This document shows positions 12,378 through 26,020 of a stretch of DNA of 64,000 bases, piece after piece. This stretch comes from Octopus vulgaris. Lineage: Eukaryota. A model generated the notes under the pieces. That model was given only the letters and a program-made list of their open reading frames with translations, made no database searches and had not been told where the DNA came from. A program made the translations under genes and the position numbers. Positions within the stretch are counted from its first letter, which is position 1. Every line of letters starts with the position of its first letter. The stretch is from positions 47,988,001 through 48,052,000 of the forward strand of contig OX597828.1 in the NCBI GenBank assembly GCA_951406725.2, given 5' to 3'.

Positions 12378-12715
12378 CTAGCATGCATATACAGCTGCGT
12401 GCGTGCACACATACACGCGAGTTCTGTCCAAATCTCCGACCAATCACATACAGCTAGCTGGCTTTCAATTAGTGTATCAAGTTTCGGGCATTTTGATTGG
12501 GTTTTGGATAGAAAATTCACAAAAAAGTCACTTCTATTGATTTTTTTAATGGCTTTGCAGGATGACTGGGGAAATGTAAAGATGTGCACGACCACCCTTG
12601 GACGGTTTTGAATGACCATAGAAAGTGCGAGCCCTCTAACTGAAAAATTGTGGATTTGTATAAAGGATACACACACACACACACACAGACATTTTGCCGT
12701 TTATATATATAGAGA
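12378..12715 (-). mobile_element. Non-autonomous Helitron (same family as 60862), lacking the 3' hairpin
   Basis: Aligns to 60862-61186 and ends ...GCATGCTAG|T. Confidence 0.8.
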
Positions 12716-12871
12716 TATATACCCAATACTACATAACATTGACAGTAAAGAGTGAATGTGTGTATTTTGTTCTTGTATTTGGTTTACAAGATTTTGTGCT
12801 GAAGCAAAATTTTTATTGTCTTGAGAGAGTCATTACACCAACAAACGATGATGATGATGAAATATATATAT

Positions 12872-12916
<45 letters not shown>

Positions 12917-13071
12917 TTTGCTAGCAAAAACTGTCCGACGAACGGCAACGGGAAACTCAGAGTAATAGGTTTTGTTGAATTTTCTGCTGCTTTAAATAAA
13001 GCATATTACTCTACCACTGGTATTTGAGTACTCTTTTTTTCCACCTTGTTTCACATTTATGTGTTTACTCC

Positions 13072-13072
<1 letters not shown>
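12917..13072 (+). mobile_element. Second copy of the hammerhead-bearing PLE-type repeat
   Basis: Near-identical to the reverse complement of 9704-9856. Flanked by (TA)n. The core reads CCGACGA. Confidence 0.65.
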
Positions 13073-13124
<52 letters not shown>

Positions 13125-13745
13125 CTAATGAAGGATAAAAATTTTTTTCGGGAAAAATATTTCATCAATGGCCAGCATATCAAAAAATACCTTTAAAGGT
13201 TAAATTTATAAATAATTTACAATATAAGAGCAAAAGAAAAATTCTAATGAAAAAAAAAAAAAAGACAAAAATTGTCAATTAACCATTATAATTTATGCGT
13301 TTCTTTTGCCCCTATATTGTAAAGTATATATATATATATATAAAGGCTTTTTCCAATGCGCCAGAGAAAAAATTTGTTTGCTTGTTATCAGTCGTAAGAC
13401 ACTGTTGTTTTCACCGTTAATGCTTCTGTATTTCATGTTTCTGTATTCCATTATTGTTTTTTGTTTTTTTATATCTGTCCCTTTTGCTGTCCTGGTGTTT
13501 GTATGCATTCGATCCTTCTTCCAGGAAATCTACGCTTCCAGCTTAGTTTTTCTAATGCTCGTTGCTTAGTTTTTCTTGGAGGGCTGGCCGTGATCTAGTA
13601 ATCTCAAGATTAATCAGCCGAAATTACTACGATGATCCGGTTCTTGACTGAAGACTGAGGGTTTCGAATGTCCTGTCCGTGTTTATTGTATCGTCTTCTA
13701 AGAGTTATACGTTCTTGTCCATGTTGTATTTTTCTACATACCTTA

Positions 13746-13780
<35 letters not shown>

Positions 13781-14437
13781 TTACTACACCATCTAGATAC
13801 ATACACACACAAGCGCGCACACAAAGAGGCCAGTTCAAGGTATCCAGTTTAATTCCTGCTTTGAGAAAAGCAACCGATACCATAAACCAACTGGTGCTCC
13901 AAGAGTATCTGAAGACCTGGCGTTCAGTGCCACAAAAGTGTCAATAATGGTTTTTAACATTGGTGTAATGCCACAAATTTGGGAGGAGGGAGACGAACAG
14001 TCAGTTATATGAATCCCTTCAATTTGGTTGCTATTTATATTGTCAAACCTTGAAAAGGCTGGATATTAATCAAGTCAATTTCATCAGTCACGGAGATCAC
14101 CAGATGTTCAGACTGGATATCAATCATGTCAATCTTATCGGATTTTGGAGATCACCAGATGTTCAGGTTGCATATTAACCATGTCAAAGTGAAAGAAAAA
14201 AAAAAGAGAAAAATTGTTTTAGCCTTAAAGATGTAAAAGGTTTGAATGGGAGACAGGAAGTAGTCAGGTAAAGAATTTGACTTTAGGCAAAGAAGAGTGA
14301 ACAGTGGTAAGGGAAATAAGCATGACAAAAGAGGTAAAACTGATGTGCATGTGTGTGCAAGAGAGAGAGAGAGAGAGTGTGTGTGTGTGTGCAAGAAGCA
14401 TGAGACAAAGTGGTATGGTAAAATGCAATAAATGTGA

Positions 14438-14484
<47 letters not shown>

Positions 14485-16837
14485 CAGAGAGAGTGATAGT
14501 GTATATGATGAGTAAGACAAAATGGTAGTGTGTGGTATGTGCAAGGTGTCAGAAAGACAAAGTGTGTGTGTGTGTGTGTATGTGTGTGTGTGTGAATGGA
14601 TGGTGAAGGGAAATATGTTAGTGAAATGCGTTTATATAGGAGTGAGTGAAACAGGAGTTAAGGTGTGAGCAAGACAGAGAGAGAGAAGTGTGTGTGTGTG
14701 TGTGTGTGTGTGTTGGATGAGTGAGGCAAGAAGTTACTGCGTAATGTGATGAGCAAAGCAACATAAATCATAATGCAGGTATAGGTGAACGTTTGTCTGG
14801 GTGGTGAAGTGTGAATGGGGAAGAGAAGGTGGGGAGTGAGGCGAGTCTATGTGTCAGCAGAGCATGTGTGTGTGTGTGTGTGTAGACTGTGTATGATTAT
14901 ATGGGTAGAAACGAGAGGGTGTTGGAGAGGAGGTTTAAAGGGGGCAACAGTGTTTAAACAGAAAATGAATTGTTCATGATGAAAGTATGAAAGAGGAGTG
15001 CCATCCCCTAAACATAAGTTGCAGGTGGGAGAAGCTGGAAAAACTAAACTGGGACAACGCATGCCTCAGTAATCAGGTGTTGGTCCCTAAAAACAATCAA
15101 CTAACTGGTGACTATTTTATTATTATTATACAGTAAACGATAATGTTGGTATTTAATACAATAATGTATATTTTTTTTAACTGTCAGTGAAGTAGAATGT
15201 AATAAGGAAAGATAAGCCAGGTATGTGTAAGGTGTGTTCATATATTTTATCTTTTATTCGTTTCACTCATTAGACTGCAGGTATGCTGGGGCATCACCTT
15301 GAAGAATTTAAGTTGAATGAATTGACCCTGAAACATTTTTTGTTATTGGTTTCTTTTGGTTTACAACCAAGTTACAGGGACATAAACACACCAACACTGG
15401 TTGTCGAGAAGTGGTGGGAGAAAAACAGACACAAAGACATGTGTACACAGATGTGTGTGTGTGTACATAGATATATATACACACGCATACACACCAGTCC
15501 TCATTCAGTTTCCATCTACCAAATCCACTCGCAAAGCATTGGTCAGCTTGAGGCTACAGTAAAGGACACTTGCTCAAGGTGTCATGCAGCGGAACTGAAC
15601 TCAGAACCATGTGGCTGGGAAGCAAACTTATTATCACACAGCCAAGCCTGTACTTACTGATAGGTGTTGCAGTGGTTAGTGGGAGCAAGTGAGGTTTTGG
15701 TTGCAGGCCAAAACCTCAAAAGAGTGTGGTTGCATCTGAAGGAAGATACGGGTGGTAGCAGAGTCAGAACGGAAGAGACAGAAATGTTGTAGGATGGACT
15801 GATAGAGAGGTCAGATAGCGGAATGGAAGGCTGTTGGTGACTGGGTGGGTACTAAACTAGAGGTACAATCAATGGCAAGGGTGGAAAGATGAGTAGTATC
15901 AACAGGTAGATGAAGATAACCATGGTCCAAACGTTCACAACCATTTTTTTACCTATCAATCACTTTGATTCATATTTCACTCTACTAGACCCCCATAGTC
16001 ATTCAATGCTTAAAAAATCCTATTACATTTTCTAAGTTAAATATTATAAGAATTGTATTTTTTAAAAATCATTAAAATACTTTATGCATTAAAGAAATAT
16101 AATTCATTAACCCTTTAGCATATATCTGGCTATATCCAGCTATATCTGGCCTAGATATGTTACCTGTTTTATTTTCTAACAAGCCAAGTCCAGCCTATCA
16201 CACCTGCCCTTAAATGCCATTATAAAATATACAATCACATCAACAAATTTCAAAGCTACAAAATGTTGCAAGATTTGTTAAAAATAATTTCAATGAAAAA
16301 GTTTAACATTTGTTAGAATAATCTAAATGTTAAAGGGTTAAACATAAATTTTAACAACAGAAGCTTACATGGACCCCCCAAGGGTCATATGGACCTTGGT
16401 TGAGGACCACAGGTCTAAAAACAAGCAGAAAATATAGGGTACGACTGGAACTCAGAATCAGAGTCTCAGTTAGAGAGACAGAAGAACTGCTTGAAGGAAG
16501 TGTCTGAATTTGTGGAAGTGGAAGTTGATAGATTTGTAGAGACAAATGTGAAGAAGTTGGGTGGGGGGTCAATAATGGAGATGGTCAGGAAGATGAAAAG
16601 GTAGAGGGGAATTTTATGGCAGAATGGAAAGAGTCAAAGCAGGTAGGGTTAAGAAGTGAAACTTCTCAACAACATGGTTTGCAGTTCAACCCCACTGTGC
16701 AAGCAACTTGAGCAATTGCCTTCTGTTGAGGCTTGGGACCAACCAATGCCTTCAGTAAACTTGGTAGACAGAAACTGTACGAAGCTTGTTTGTTTATGTG
16801 TGTGCGTGAGAGAGATTGTGATGTATATATATATATA

Positions 16838-17519
16838 CTAGCTGGGTCCTGTGCTGTCAAAAATGACGGCTAATTGTAGTATTTTATATATAAATAAGGT
16901 ACAAAAACAGGATTTTGGTTTAATAATTCTTTTATTACTAAATTTTTTGTGAAAAATCTATCCGCAACTAACATCCTTTGACTGCTTGTTTGCTTCAAAA
17001 GAATTTTCAAGTTTTCCTTCCTTCTTGTCCAACTTAAGGCCACATAAAGCTGGCCGTGACTAAATACAAGAGCTGGTAAGTAAATGCCAAATACACAGAG
17101 TTGAAACCCTGTTTGATTTTTTCAGCATTGAATGTTAACCATCCTACTTCCATTACACGCACACATTCACATATCCCCCTTTTACATACATATATTCACA
17201 CAGAGTTGAAACGCTGTTTGATTTATTTTTTCAGTGTAGTTTTCATCATCCCACTACCAAGTATGACATTGTACCTTCCTTCCTTATTCATCTATCACCC
17301 CTTCCTTTCTCATTCACAAACACAAAAATATTATTATAGTAGATTATCTCAGTAACCCTGAGAGCTATGAAAAAATACGAAGCCCAGCAACACCACCAGA
17401 TCATTCTACACATCTGTGTAATTTTTCATGCAATTCCACTCAACCATTTGACCATGAATCCCAAGACAAGAAAATATACAGGAAAGAATCACCCATGTCA
17501 AATCTATGTGTATAGAAGA
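16838..17519 (-). mobile_element. Internally deleted Helitron retaining the RepHel helicase C-terminus; relative at about 51088-51616
   Basis: 5' TC, 3' CTAG with subterminal hairpin, A|T insertion site. 17091-16870 translates FGIYLPALVFSHGQLYVALSWTRRKENLKILL...TKNLVIKELL (Pif1-family motif FSHGQLYVALSR). Confidence 0.85.
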
Positions 17520-17832
17520 TATATATATATATATATATTAAATCTCAGAGTGAGTTATAAACAGTAGCTACAACACATTGTGACGTATATTTGCCATTTA
17601 AATATGGCTAACCCCTAAGGGGGTGGATGCTACTGTAGTTTGTAGCCCCAGGAGGACACCTCCAGCTGAAAATTAATCAAAGGACATACTGTTTAATGCT
17701 TTTTCTTGGGGGAGGGGCTAAAATTGCCTATATTATTGGTTCTGTTGTTATTTTTTAAATTGTTACACTAGATAATAACAGAGTCAATGGTATCTTCATA
17801 AATTATTTGCTCCATACTGAAATATATATATA

Positions 17833-17868
<36 letters not shown>

Positions 17869-18590
17869 TATCATGATCACATGATTTACTAGACTAATGC
17901 ACTTTGCATCATTTTTAGCTTTCAAATGATGCCAACATTCCTGCTAATTGGAAGGCTTGTCTGTCAGAATTACCCACATACAGCTGAGTGGACTGGAGCT
18001 ACACGAAATGAAGTGCTTTGCTCAAGGACACATATGCACAGCTGGTCCGGGAATCAAACTCGTGATTTCCTGTTCATGAGTGCAACACACGTAACCACTG
18101 TGCCACATATATGCACACACAGGCACGTAACCACTGTGCCACATATATGCACACACAGGCACGCACGTGCATGCGTGTGTGTGTGAGCAAATATTTACAT
18201 CCTGCACACTTTTCAGGAAAAAAGCGTTGTGCAATAAATGAAGTTCGTTTTCATTTCCCAGTTTACAAATTGTTCACTGACCCTAACAGCTTCAAAGATG
18301 TGGGTTAAGTGATCCCTTACTTGAGAAATAAGTTAAGATTAGAGACAGGAAGTGTCCCTAGCTGTGACATATCTCAATAACAAATAATTGTCTAACCCAT
18401 GCAACCATAGTAAAATGGACAGAAAAACAAAAATATGAACACATGAAGAAGCTATGTTGGTCATAGGGAGGAAGGCAACAGGTACAGCTGTCATTGTAGT
18501 GAACATTTAGCTTTGGGTAAGGGCTATTGTAGAGGGTAAAGATCTGGATAGGTTGATGTTGTTGGTGCCCATCCTGTCACAGTAAATCAA

Positions 18591-19185
18591 CCCTTTAGCA
18601 TTCACATTATTCTATCAAAAATAATGTCTTTTATTATACGTTGTTTTGAATGAATCATGAATTATCTCGTAGCTATAAGATTTTGATAAAGTAACCAGAA
18701 ATTTTTAGAAAGATATTGTAGGGTTGGTGTAAGAAGCCAGATCTGGCCAGTTTGAGCATAAAACAGGCAGAATCTTTTGGGCCTAAAACAGGCAGAATAT
18801 TTTGGGCATAAAACAAGCAGAATATTTTGGGCATAAACCAGGCAGAATATTTTGGGCCTAAAACAAGCAGAATATTTTGGGCATAAAACAGGCAGAATAT
18901 TTTGGGCCTAAAACAAGCAGAATATTTTGGGCCTAAAACAGGCAGAATATTTTGGGCCTAAAACAAGCAGAATATTTTGGGCCTAAAACAGGCAGAATAT
19001 TTTGGGCCTAAAACAAGCAGAATATTTTGGGCCTAAAACAAGCAGAATATTTTGGGCCTAAAACAAGCAGAATATTTTGGGCCTAAAACATGCAGGATAT
19101 TTTGGGCATAAAACAGGCAGAATATTTTGGGCATAAAACAGGTAGAATATTTTGGATGGATATGGCCAGTTTAAATGCTAAAGGG
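18591..19185 (+). mobile_element. piggyBac-type MITE family 2 with an internal 25-bp minisatellite; copies without the array at 5995-6484, 16111-16337 (-) and 20024-20242
   Basis: TIR CCCTTTAGCATT / AATGCTAAAGGG with TTAA at the right end. About 16 units of TAAAACA(G/A)GCAGAATATTTTGGGC(A/C) at 18759-19155. Confidence 0.85.
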
Positions 19186-19420
19186 TTAAGCATAGTTTGA
19201 TAGTTGAAGAAAAATTTCAGGGCTAAGAGTTCAGTGACGCAGATTTTTTAAAAAACGGATTTATATTTATGCAATGGCTTTTCTGCGTCTATTGGTTGGA
19301 TACATTTGTAATATTATCTTAATCTTTTCATTTTGCAGATGTTTTATCTCTAAATTCTTTCGATTTTGCATTTTTGTTTCTTCTTTTCTCAAACCACAAG
19401 TCATTGACACTAATGTAATA

Positions 19421-19712
19421 TAGTGGTTCCCCAACTTTTTCAGGCTTCCACCCCTTTGGCACCCAGGCCACATTTCTAGAGCCCCACCCCAACCACTTCA
19501 AACATAGACCACTTTCTGCAGCAAATACAAAACGACTATACATTTCACAAATAAAACAATCTAATTAACCCATTATTTTAGGGTTTTTTTTTGTTTTTTT
19601 TTTACATCCATCGCCCTATTTTGGCCACCCCATTAACACTCTACTTTCAATGACCTGCTGGATCTTTCCACTGCCCCCAAGTGGATACTAATGCCCACTT
19701 TGGGAACGACTG
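19421..19712 (+). mobile_element. hAT-type MITE
   Basis: TAGTGGTTCCCCAA...TTTGGGAACGACTG termini. 8-bp TSD ATGTAATA/ATATAATA. Confidence 0.65.
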
Positions 19713-20834
19713 ATATAATATTTCAATTTTAACAAGCTAACTAGCTAATCACAGCACTAGCACTTGTTCTAGCATTGTCAATCCGTATAGCACTGGGTGG
19801 GGAGATGAATCACTGATGCCTCTAGCAGTCGTGTGTCCATCACTGACAAGACAAGACAAAGTCAAAATCACATGATGTGGTGGTCTCAGCGCTGGAGGCG
19901 GCAGGGATTAACCTCCCTGCTAGTGATGTAAACAAGACTACATTTTGCACCAAAAAGCCAATCAGGGAGTTTGTATCACATCTATCACAGTACAGTTTGT
20001 TCTCACAGAAAATACACCTTTAACCCTTTAGTGTTCAGATTATTCTGTTAAATGTAATACTTTTCCACTCAAATTGTTTTGAATTAATCATGCATTATCT
20101 TATAACTTTGAGGTTTCAATGATGTGATTGGTTATTCTTAGAATGTCAATGTAGGTTAGGTGTGAGAGGCTAGATATGGCCAGTTCAAATATAAAACGTA
20201 GAATATTTTGGGCCGGATGTGGCCGGTTTAAACACTAAAGGATTAAGTGAGAAAAAAAATTACCTCTCGGTATTTTAATACTGTCTCCTGTCACTAATAC
20301 ATATTAATGTAATTATTGACAGCAACCGCATTAGAAACGCTGTTCTCTAAGAGAGAGACTCTACTTTTCAGTGTTAAGGTTATAGGGACCTAACATCCAA
20401 GATGAAAAGTAGCTGGTACGGCCTGGAGAGGAGGAATTAAGGAGGAGAAGAGTATGAATATGGTTGATGACATTGATGTGTGATGAGAGGGGCCGCTGGC
20501 AAATATGAGAAAAGCTAGTCCAGACATTTAGATATTTAGAGTTTGAGGGATCAAATTCATGTAGAGACAATGTGTTGGCTGTGCAGAACTTGTGTAAGAA
20601 GCAGATGAGAAAAATATGCAATGAGTGGATGATGAGCTTTGACTGGGAAGAGGATGAAAGAATCAGTGAAAAAGGGGAGGGTGAGTTGGTGGTTTGTGTG
20701 GTGTTGTGTAGTCACAGGATAATTACAGGTAAAATTTGGCAAGGTGGTCGGTAGGTTTAAGAAATTGCTAAAGCACCTTGGCTGCGTAGAGATCAAACTA
20801 CCCTTCCACCACAGCATTTAACCATCCAATTTAA

Positions 20835-21054
20835 CCCTTTTGTTACCAACCCGGCTGAAACCAGCTCTGGCTCTGAGTACAAGTGTCTAGTTTTCATAAG
20901 TTTTGAATTAAAATCTTCCACCAAACCTTAGTCACAATTTATGTTCCTAACACTAGCTGAATGGTAACTAAGTTATTTTACTAAATTCTTTGTTATATTG
21001 AAAGTAATTGAAAGAAGCACAGAACATCTTAAAAGAAATACAGTAACGAAAGGG
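20835..21054 (-). mobile_element. piggyBac-type MITE, family 1
   Basis: TTAA TSD on both sides, TIR CCCTTT(T/C)GTTAC. Reverse complement of 1052-1266. Confidence 0.85.
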
Positions 21055-22035
21055 TTAAGTTGGCTGGTTTGATGCTGATATCATATCAAAGTCAAAGACA
21101 ACAGAATGCAGCAAGTTCTGGTCAAGTGAAAGTTTTGACATTTTTAAATGCTTCCTGAAATTGAAGTGGTCCACAGCATAGCAAAATTCTTCATGCATGC
21201 AAGCAGTCACAGATTCTGACACACAAGCAGACTTGCACAGTCACGCAGCACACATTTTCTGTTGCAATCATATGATCTTACACACACACAAATACATTTT
21301 TCACAGCCACCAGACATTTATTTTCACAGAACTTTTTTAATTGATAGTTTCTTGAGGAGAGAGAGAAAGAGCAAAATAGAGCTTAGAAAGTGAGAAAGGG
21401 AAGAGAGATGACGAGATGAGGAACTGAGACAGGGGGAGAGAGAGAGAGACGGAGAGAAGACGAGAGATTAGATAAAATAAAAACAAAAACAAAAGCAACC
21501 CAGAATAAAACACACACACGTACTCGCAAACACATTTGTGTGTGTGTTTGTGTGTATAAATGTGTTAGAGATACAATCTACACACAACTATATTTTCGGG
21601 AGCCTCACACCAATCACCACTACAGCAGCAACCATGAAAACCTTCACTACCACAACCGCAATGACCATCCCGCCTACCACAGCTTTCCACGGTGATGGTC
21701 ACTAACCACATCACCACCACCTCTCTCTAAAACAACAGCTACTAATCATGACCACTGCTACCATAACAACCACACCACCATCACGACTATCACCAATACA
21801 ATAGCAAACACAGTCGTTAACTACCACTATAATTATCTCAATGACCGCCAGTGCTACCATCATTATCATTAGCAAAACCACAATAACTACCATTATCAAG
21901 ACTACACCAACTAGTAGTACCAACACCACCACCACGGTATCATAACCATCATCATCATTTAACGTCCGTTGTCCATGCTGGCATGGGTTGGACTGTTTGA
22001 CCAAGGGTTGGTAAACTAGAAGGCCTTTTTTAAAT

Positions 22036-22542
22036 CAGTGGTACTCAACCATTTTTCACCTATGGACCCCTTTGATTCCTGTTTTACTTGGGTAGACCCC
22101 CCCCATACACACACACACACAACCTATTTCTTTACTACCCACAAGGGGCTAAACACAGAGGAGACAAACAAGGACAGACAAACGGATTAAGTCGATTACA
22201 TCGACCCCAGTGCGTAACTGGTACTTAATTTATCGACCCCGAAAGGATGAAAGGCAAAGTTAACCTTGGTGGATTTGAACTCAGAACGTAACGGCAGACA
22301 AAATACGGCTACGCATTTCACCCGGGGTGCTAACGCTTCTGCCATTTAATGTTTTAAAAGTTCAATTATATTTTTATAATTAAATATTAGGAACAGCATA
22401 AAACAAAAATTGTTAAAATATTCTGTGTACTTTAGAAATGTAATAAATTTGCTGCACATAAATTTTAGCAACAAAATCTTATATGCCCCCCCCCCCCACT
22501 CCCACTCCCAAGGGTCATGTGGACCCTGGTTGAGATCCACTG
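22036..22542 (+). mobile_element. hAT-type MITE interrupted by a family-B SINE; relative at about 15920-16412
   Basis: TIR CAGTGGTACTCAACCA / TGGTTGAGATCCACTG. 8-bp TSD TTTTAAAT/GTTTAAAT. Confidence 0.7.
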
Positions 22543-24029
22543 GTTTAAATTATAGCACCATCACAGGGCAAACCATCCCTCAGACCACGATCACCATATC
22601 ATTACTATCCACAATACCGCAATACAACAGTTCGAACAGAGATCATAAGTCAAAGAGGAGGCATCTAAGTGGCAGCTTGACCTGCTAGTAATAGCTGCTA
22701 AATCTTCGTTGAATTTACCGCTATCTTCACTACAACCATATCATTACCACTAGCACCACCTCCATCCCCACCAAATCCAGCTAGTTAAATGACAAGACAG
22801 ATTTCTCATCTCACACATACGTATACATACAAGCATGTAACCCGTGACACACAAACACCAGCCTTAGTAACAGACAGAGGACACTACACGATCACTAAGA
22901 TTTGCTAGAAATAACAACTGAATCTCATTTGGGGGAAGAAAAAAAAGAAGGCACACATTAATCCAGTATAGGAGAGTAAAGAAAACTAGGTGTTTCTCGC
23001 TGGGCTCTGGTTTATAGGATCAGGGCTGATTTGGGGCCAAACAACAACAGATGGTGCTTTCTAGAAACGAAAACACTAGGGTGGGGTGGCGTGGCGTGGG
23101 GTGGGAGCGAAGAGCATCGATCAGCCAGAAATAGCCAAATTGCCTTTAAATCACTCCCTGCTGTCTTTAAAAGGAAATTGAGGTGTGTGCATACAAGATA
23201 ACGCAGTGCTGGGTGCGTTAAAACAAACTCAGACGGGATGGTCACGACTGGCTCTTTGATCATTGGTCACTTCAATCAGAGCTGATTTCAGGGGGAGGAG
23301 GAGGCTGCACAACAAAACGTTTCGCTGGTTTGATTTATCGATACTTCAAAAGGACTAACATGGATCTTTAGGGACACGGTAGACCATTTATTATTTTCAA
23401 TTTACTTCCTGGGTGGATAGGTGGGTAGAATTATAAAGCTTCATAACGCAATTGACACCGAAGACGGCGTTGTTTGGATTGACATGAGCTTCACGTCTGT
23501 TAATTTCCTCTCAGCAAGCTTTTGTTATTATTATTATTATTAACTTAGCAGCCGAGTCCTTCGAAAAGACAGGCAAGGTGTTAGTTCTGCAAATAACCGA
23601 AGACATTCAAGTAACATTGTGTCAGCGCCATTTAATGTGAACGACGCAAACGGTGGAGGCTTCTAGAAATAACAACCAAATCTACCCCGAAAAAAACCGG
23701 ACAGTCACGGTAGGAACATCTTTGATCGTAGATCTGCTAAACCAGGATTAACTTGGCGTGAAACTGACAACAATTATGTAGTTTCATGGAGAGAAAAATA
23801 TATATATGAAATTTAGCGATCATTCATGCATTTCCCCCAAAAGAAAGGCGATACGGTTTATACATCGACAGAACAGCCAAATCGTGTTTGGCGATGTAGT
23901 GGAAAATATAACCACTGAAACATGAAATAATAATAACAATGACATTAGACCTGTGGTGGTCACGGCTAGAACGCCTTTGAGGACAGAATTGCACTGACAT
24001 GTGGCTAAACAACAAGGATACAGAAAAAG

Positions 24030-24560
24030 ATATACACACACACACACATACCCCAGATTTTATGTATACTCGCGTGTATGTGTGTGTGTGTATACATACA
24101 AATATACACATACACACACATACCCCAGATTTTATGTATACTCGCGTGTATGTGTGTGTGTGTGTATACATACAAATATACACACATAACCATATTTTAC
24201 ATATAAACACATATTCCATATTATTATGTATACACACATATCCATATTTTACATATAGTCGTACCCGTATTTCACATATACACACCCGTATTTCATATAC
24301 ACACATACCCGTATTTGATATACGCACACGTACCCATATTTTATATACATACATATCCATATTTTACAAATAGTCGTACCCGTATTTCACATATACACAC
24401 CCGTATTTCATATACACACATACCCGTATTTGATATACGCACACGTACCCATATTTTATATATATATAATATATACACCCACATATACCCGTATTACATA
24501 TATACATATACCCATATTTTATGCGCACACGTACCCCAATCTCACATACACATATATAGA
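24030..24560. repeat. Degenerate CA/TA-rich minisatellite with higher-order duplications
   Basis: Recurrent CACACATACCC(G/A)TATTT. Blocks starting at about 24035/24105 and about 24240/24355 are duplicated. Confidence 0.8.
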
Positions 24561-25067
24561 GAGAGAGATACACACAAACACATACCATATAATGAATATA
24601 TACAAAGCCATATTTTATGCATATATAACCCCTCCACCATATTTTATATATACACAGACACTATATATAACTATACACACGCGCGCACACCATACATTTA
24701 TGTAAGAATGTGTAAACACCCTACATTTTTGTAGGGACTTATAAAACATTAAATGAAAAACACAAGATAAAGAAAAGGAAATTAATAATAAATATAAGAG
24801 AGAAAGAAAGGGCATTTTGCCTGCCTACCTAACTTATAATTATTATATTAATGTTGAAGAACTCCAAGACGAAACGGTAAACAGAGAAATAGGAAGCGGA
24901 GCAACAATTGCTACCAGCAGCAGCATCCCGAATTTCTCTTGTTGTAAAAGATGGCAGAACGTCAGCTCCTCACACGTGCTTCTTAAAAGTCTGCTACAGC
25001 AGTTGCATTGTTGGGAATATTGGTAAACAGCAGAAGTTGCAATAGCAGGAAGAGACTAACTTGGTGT

Positions 25068-25126
<59 letters not shown>

Positions 25127-25609
25127 GTGAAGATAGAGAAATAGATAAAAAGAGAGAGAGAGAGAGAGAGAGACAAAGAAAATAGAGAGAATGGGTGAAA
25201 GAGAAGTGGAGAAGGGAAAAGGTTGATTATAAAAGCGAACATATTTACGCAATCAGTCATACACCACCACAATATGCATAAAATATACTACATATATTCA
25301 TAGCACCTTGGGTAAGTGTCTTCTGCTATAGTCTCGGGCTGACCAAAGCATTGTGAGGAATTTGGTAGACGGAAACTGAAAGAAGCCTGTCGCGTGTGCG
25401 TGTATGTGTTTATGCATGTATCTGTGTTCCCCCGCCATCTCTTGACAACTGATGCTGGTGTGTTTATGTCCTCTGTAACTTAGCAGTTTAGCATAAGAGA
25501 CCAATAGGATGAGTACTAGATTTGCAAACAATAAGTCCTGGAGTCGATTTCTTCAACTAAAACCCTTAAGGTGGTGCTCCAGCATGGCCTAAGTCAAATG
25601 ACAAACAAG

Positions 25610-25650
<41 letters not shown>

Positions 25651-25670
25651 CACACACACACACATACAAC

Positions 25671-26020
25671 TGACAAAAGAACAGAAAATTGTGCAATGAA
25701 CTTCATTAGCTTACAGCCGTTTCTGCCACAAAATACAGTGCACTCAATGCTAAGTGCTTGTGCATCACCTAACAGCTTTTACAAATATACTTGCACGTCA
25801 TTTTACAATCTCTGATGAAAATAGGTGACGTACAAGCACTCAGTTCTGAGTGAACTGCATTTTGTAGTACCAACAGCTATAAGCTAATGAAATTCATAGT
25901 ATAATTTCTTGTTCCTTTGTCATTTAATTTCATATTACGCTCTGTACTCGACTAACATTTTATCCTGAAGCATATCTATATTGAGTTCAAAACACCAGGC
26001 TATTAGTATCACTATGCCTA
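25671..26020. mobile_element. PLE-type repeat with diverged inverted arms and degenerate long-stem-II hammerhead; relatives at about 44150-44275 (-) and 59340-59550 (+)
   Basis: 25671-25777 pairs imperfectly with 25821-25922. The shared tail ...ctctgtactcgactaac...ttagtatc(a/g)ctatgcctaa recurs at 59483-59550. Confidence 0.55.
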
